Shown: positions 62,917 to 64,000 of the stretch, piece by piece
How the letters are laid out: the number at the start of each line of letters is the position of its first letter
Position numbering within the stretch: position 1 is the first letter of the stretch
NCBI GenBank assembly: GCA_938092135.1
Contig: CALLJL010000015.1
Location: forward strand, 1,522-65,521
DNA length: 64,000 bases
Reading direction: 5' to 3'
Source: an uncultured bacterium
GTDB taxonomy: Bacteria; Acidobacteriota; Aminicenantia; Aminicenantales; CALLJL01
The notes under the pieces: generated by a model
Database searches by the model: none
Told to the model about the DNA's origin: nothing
Seen by the model: only the letters and a program-made list of their open reading frames with translations
Translations under genes and position numbers: made by a program

Positions 62917-64000
62917 ATGACTTATTTTACGGCTCTCCGACAATACACTCAAAAAAGGCTCGAGGAAATCCGCTCAGCCGATATTATTGTGGGCATTCCC
63001 TGTTATAACAATGAAAAGACAATTGCCCATGTTATTCAAATGGTCACTCATGGACTCGATAGATATTACCGTGACCTGAGAAACGTGATTTTTATTGCCG
63101 ATGGTGGCTCGACTGACGATACCCGAGAGGTGGCCAAGGAATTTCAAATAAAGCCTTGGCAGGAAAAAATTGTTTCCATCTACCGAGGACCGGCCGGTAA
63201 AGGCACAGCTTTACGATCTGTCTTTGAGGCCGCGGAGAAACTTGAAGTCAAAGTCTGTGTGGTCGTTGACGCTGACCTCAGAAGCATTACTTCCGAGTGG
63301 GTCAAAAATTTAATTAGCCCTGTTCTTGATCAAAATTTTGATTTTGTTGCTCCAGTTTATCTTCGCCACAAATATGATGCGACGATTACTAACAACATTG
63401 TTTATTTTATGACCCGGGCTCTTTACGGTCGAATGATTAGGCAACCTATCGGTGGCGATTTCGCCCTGAGCCGCCAGCTGGCTAAGTTTTATACCGAACA
63501 GGATGTTTGGGAAACCGATGTGGCCCGTTATGGCATTGATATCTGGATGACCACTTGCGCCATTACGCAGGGATTCAAATTAGCCCAGGCCAATTTGGGA
63601 ATGAAAATTCATGATGTCAAAGACCCTGTCCAGCATCTTGGTCCCATGTTTCGTCAAGTTATGTGGGTTCTTCTTTCTTTAATGGAGCAATTTGAGAACC
63701 ATTGGCGCTCCATTGAAGGCAGTCAAGATGTCCCGATTTTCGGTGAAGCTCCCGAAGGGGAGCCAGAAGCGATTAAGCTTGATTTCATGGAAATGGTCGA
63801 TCGCTTTCAAACTGGTTACCATCAGTTCAAATCGCTCTGGCGGGAAATATTTTATCCACGAACTTTTTCAGCTATAAAGAGAACAGCAAAAATGGGACCA
63901 AAGGATTTTCATTTTGCCCCTGAAATCTGGGCTCGAGTTCTCTATGAAGTAGCTGCCACTTTTCATGCTTGGACCCGCAACCGATTTAAGATTATCGAGC
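62917..64000 (+). CDS. GT-A fold family 2-type glycosyltransferase (3' end outside the window)
   Basis: Not in the ORF track (no stop in the window). ATG at 62917, open for 361 codons to the window edge. ADIIVGIPCYNNEKTIAHVI, FIADGGSTDDT, GKGTAL and VVVDADL (DxD-type) are GT2/GT-A hallmarks. Resembles glucosylglycerate-synthase-like GTs. Confidence 0.75.
   Translation, partial: MTYFTALRQYTQKRLEEIRSADIIVGIPCYNNEKTIAHVIQMVTHGLDRYYRDLRNVIFIADGGSTDDTREVAKEFQIKPWQEKIVSIYRGPAGKGTALRSVFEAAEKLEVKVCVVVDADLRSITSEWVKNLISPVLDQNFDFVAPVYLRHKYDATITNNIVYFMTRALYGRMIRQPIGGDFALSRQLAKFYTEQDVWETDVARYGIDIWMTTCAITQGFKLAQANLGMKIHDVKDPVQHLGPMFRQVMWVLLSLMEQFENHWRSIEGSQDVPIFGEAPEGEPEAIKLDFMEMVDRFQTGYHQFKSLWREIFYPRTFSAIKRTAKMGPKDFHFAPEIWARVLYEVAATFHAWTRNRFKIIE

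Noticed and set aside
63692-63877. 61-aa plus-strand ORF from the track.
   Set aside because: It is out of frame inside the much longer, motif-supported GT2 glycosyltransferase reading frame that starts at 62917.
1-64000. I looked for CRISPR arrays, IS or transposase ends, integrases, phage genes, toxin-antitoxin pairs, restriction-modification or other defence modules, and long direct or inverted repeats.
   Set aside because: By eye, no spaced direct repeats and no ORFs with transposase, integrase, nuclease or defence hallmarks were seen. All gaps longer than 100 nt are accounted for by promoters, one tRNA, one micro-ORF or edge-truncated genes. A computational repeat search would still be needed to exclude short MITE-like elements.

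Overview
The window is a gene-dense, moderately AT-rich bacterial chromosomal segment with almost no non-coding space. I found no rRNA, CRISPR array, transposase, integrase, prophage or recognisable defence or toxin-antitoxin genes.

Lineage (inference): an Acidobacteriota-like or related candidate-phylum organism. The markers are a CarboxypepD_reg-type (Oar-like) TonB-dependent receptor, a VWFA-related 'acidobacterial' domain protein, sulfatase-TPR fusions and two sigma-54 enhancer-binding proteins.

Content, left to right:
- rimM(partial)-trmD-rplS-rnhB core operon and a TPR protein.
- A loose glycan or envelope-related neighbourhood: an orphan secreted protein with an FN3 domain, the Oar-like receptor, a sulfatase-like/TPR protein, a GH3 enzyme with a PA14 insert, and the VWFA protein.
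- A GAF-type sigma-54 activator and a small 2-Cys K/E-rich protein.
- nhaC, iadA and an acyltransferase-like gene.
- A long minus-strand operon: ispH-rpsA-ihfB-HIT-acyl-CoA dehydrogenase-ppiD.
- A second long minus-strand run: M50 protease-trpS-scpA-scpB-ggt-unknown-DctM-like permease-47 aa micro-ORF-M14/AstE deacylase.
- speH, and an atypical M1 metallopeptidase.
- An M28 peptidase with a PDZ-containing histidine kinase and an NtrC-type regulator.
- A seven-gene type IV pilus / type II secretion-like operon (PilC, PilB, M/N/O/P-like, secretin).
- A P-loop NTPase, a tandem class II aldolase-like protein and an Nramp-like transporter.
- A tRNA-CAU placed 8 nt upstream of tilS.
- asnB-like and GT-C-like membrane protein genes, divergent from an edge-truncated GT2 glycosyltransferase.

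Two edge-truncated CDSs (rimM, GT2) and one 47-aa ORF are absent from the supplied ORF track.

The most unusual items:
- The pilin-less pilus/secretion operon, whose secretin carries an N-terminal TPR lipoprotein-like module and a C-terminal extra beta-rich domain.
- An orphan DctM-type permease module lacking DctQ/DctP, embedded between gamma-glutamyltransferase and a deacylase.
- The tRNA-CAU/tilS fusion-like arrangement.

I did not find anything I can defend as a clearly novel defence-type system. All family calls rest on motif recognition by eye and need HMM or structure confirmation.
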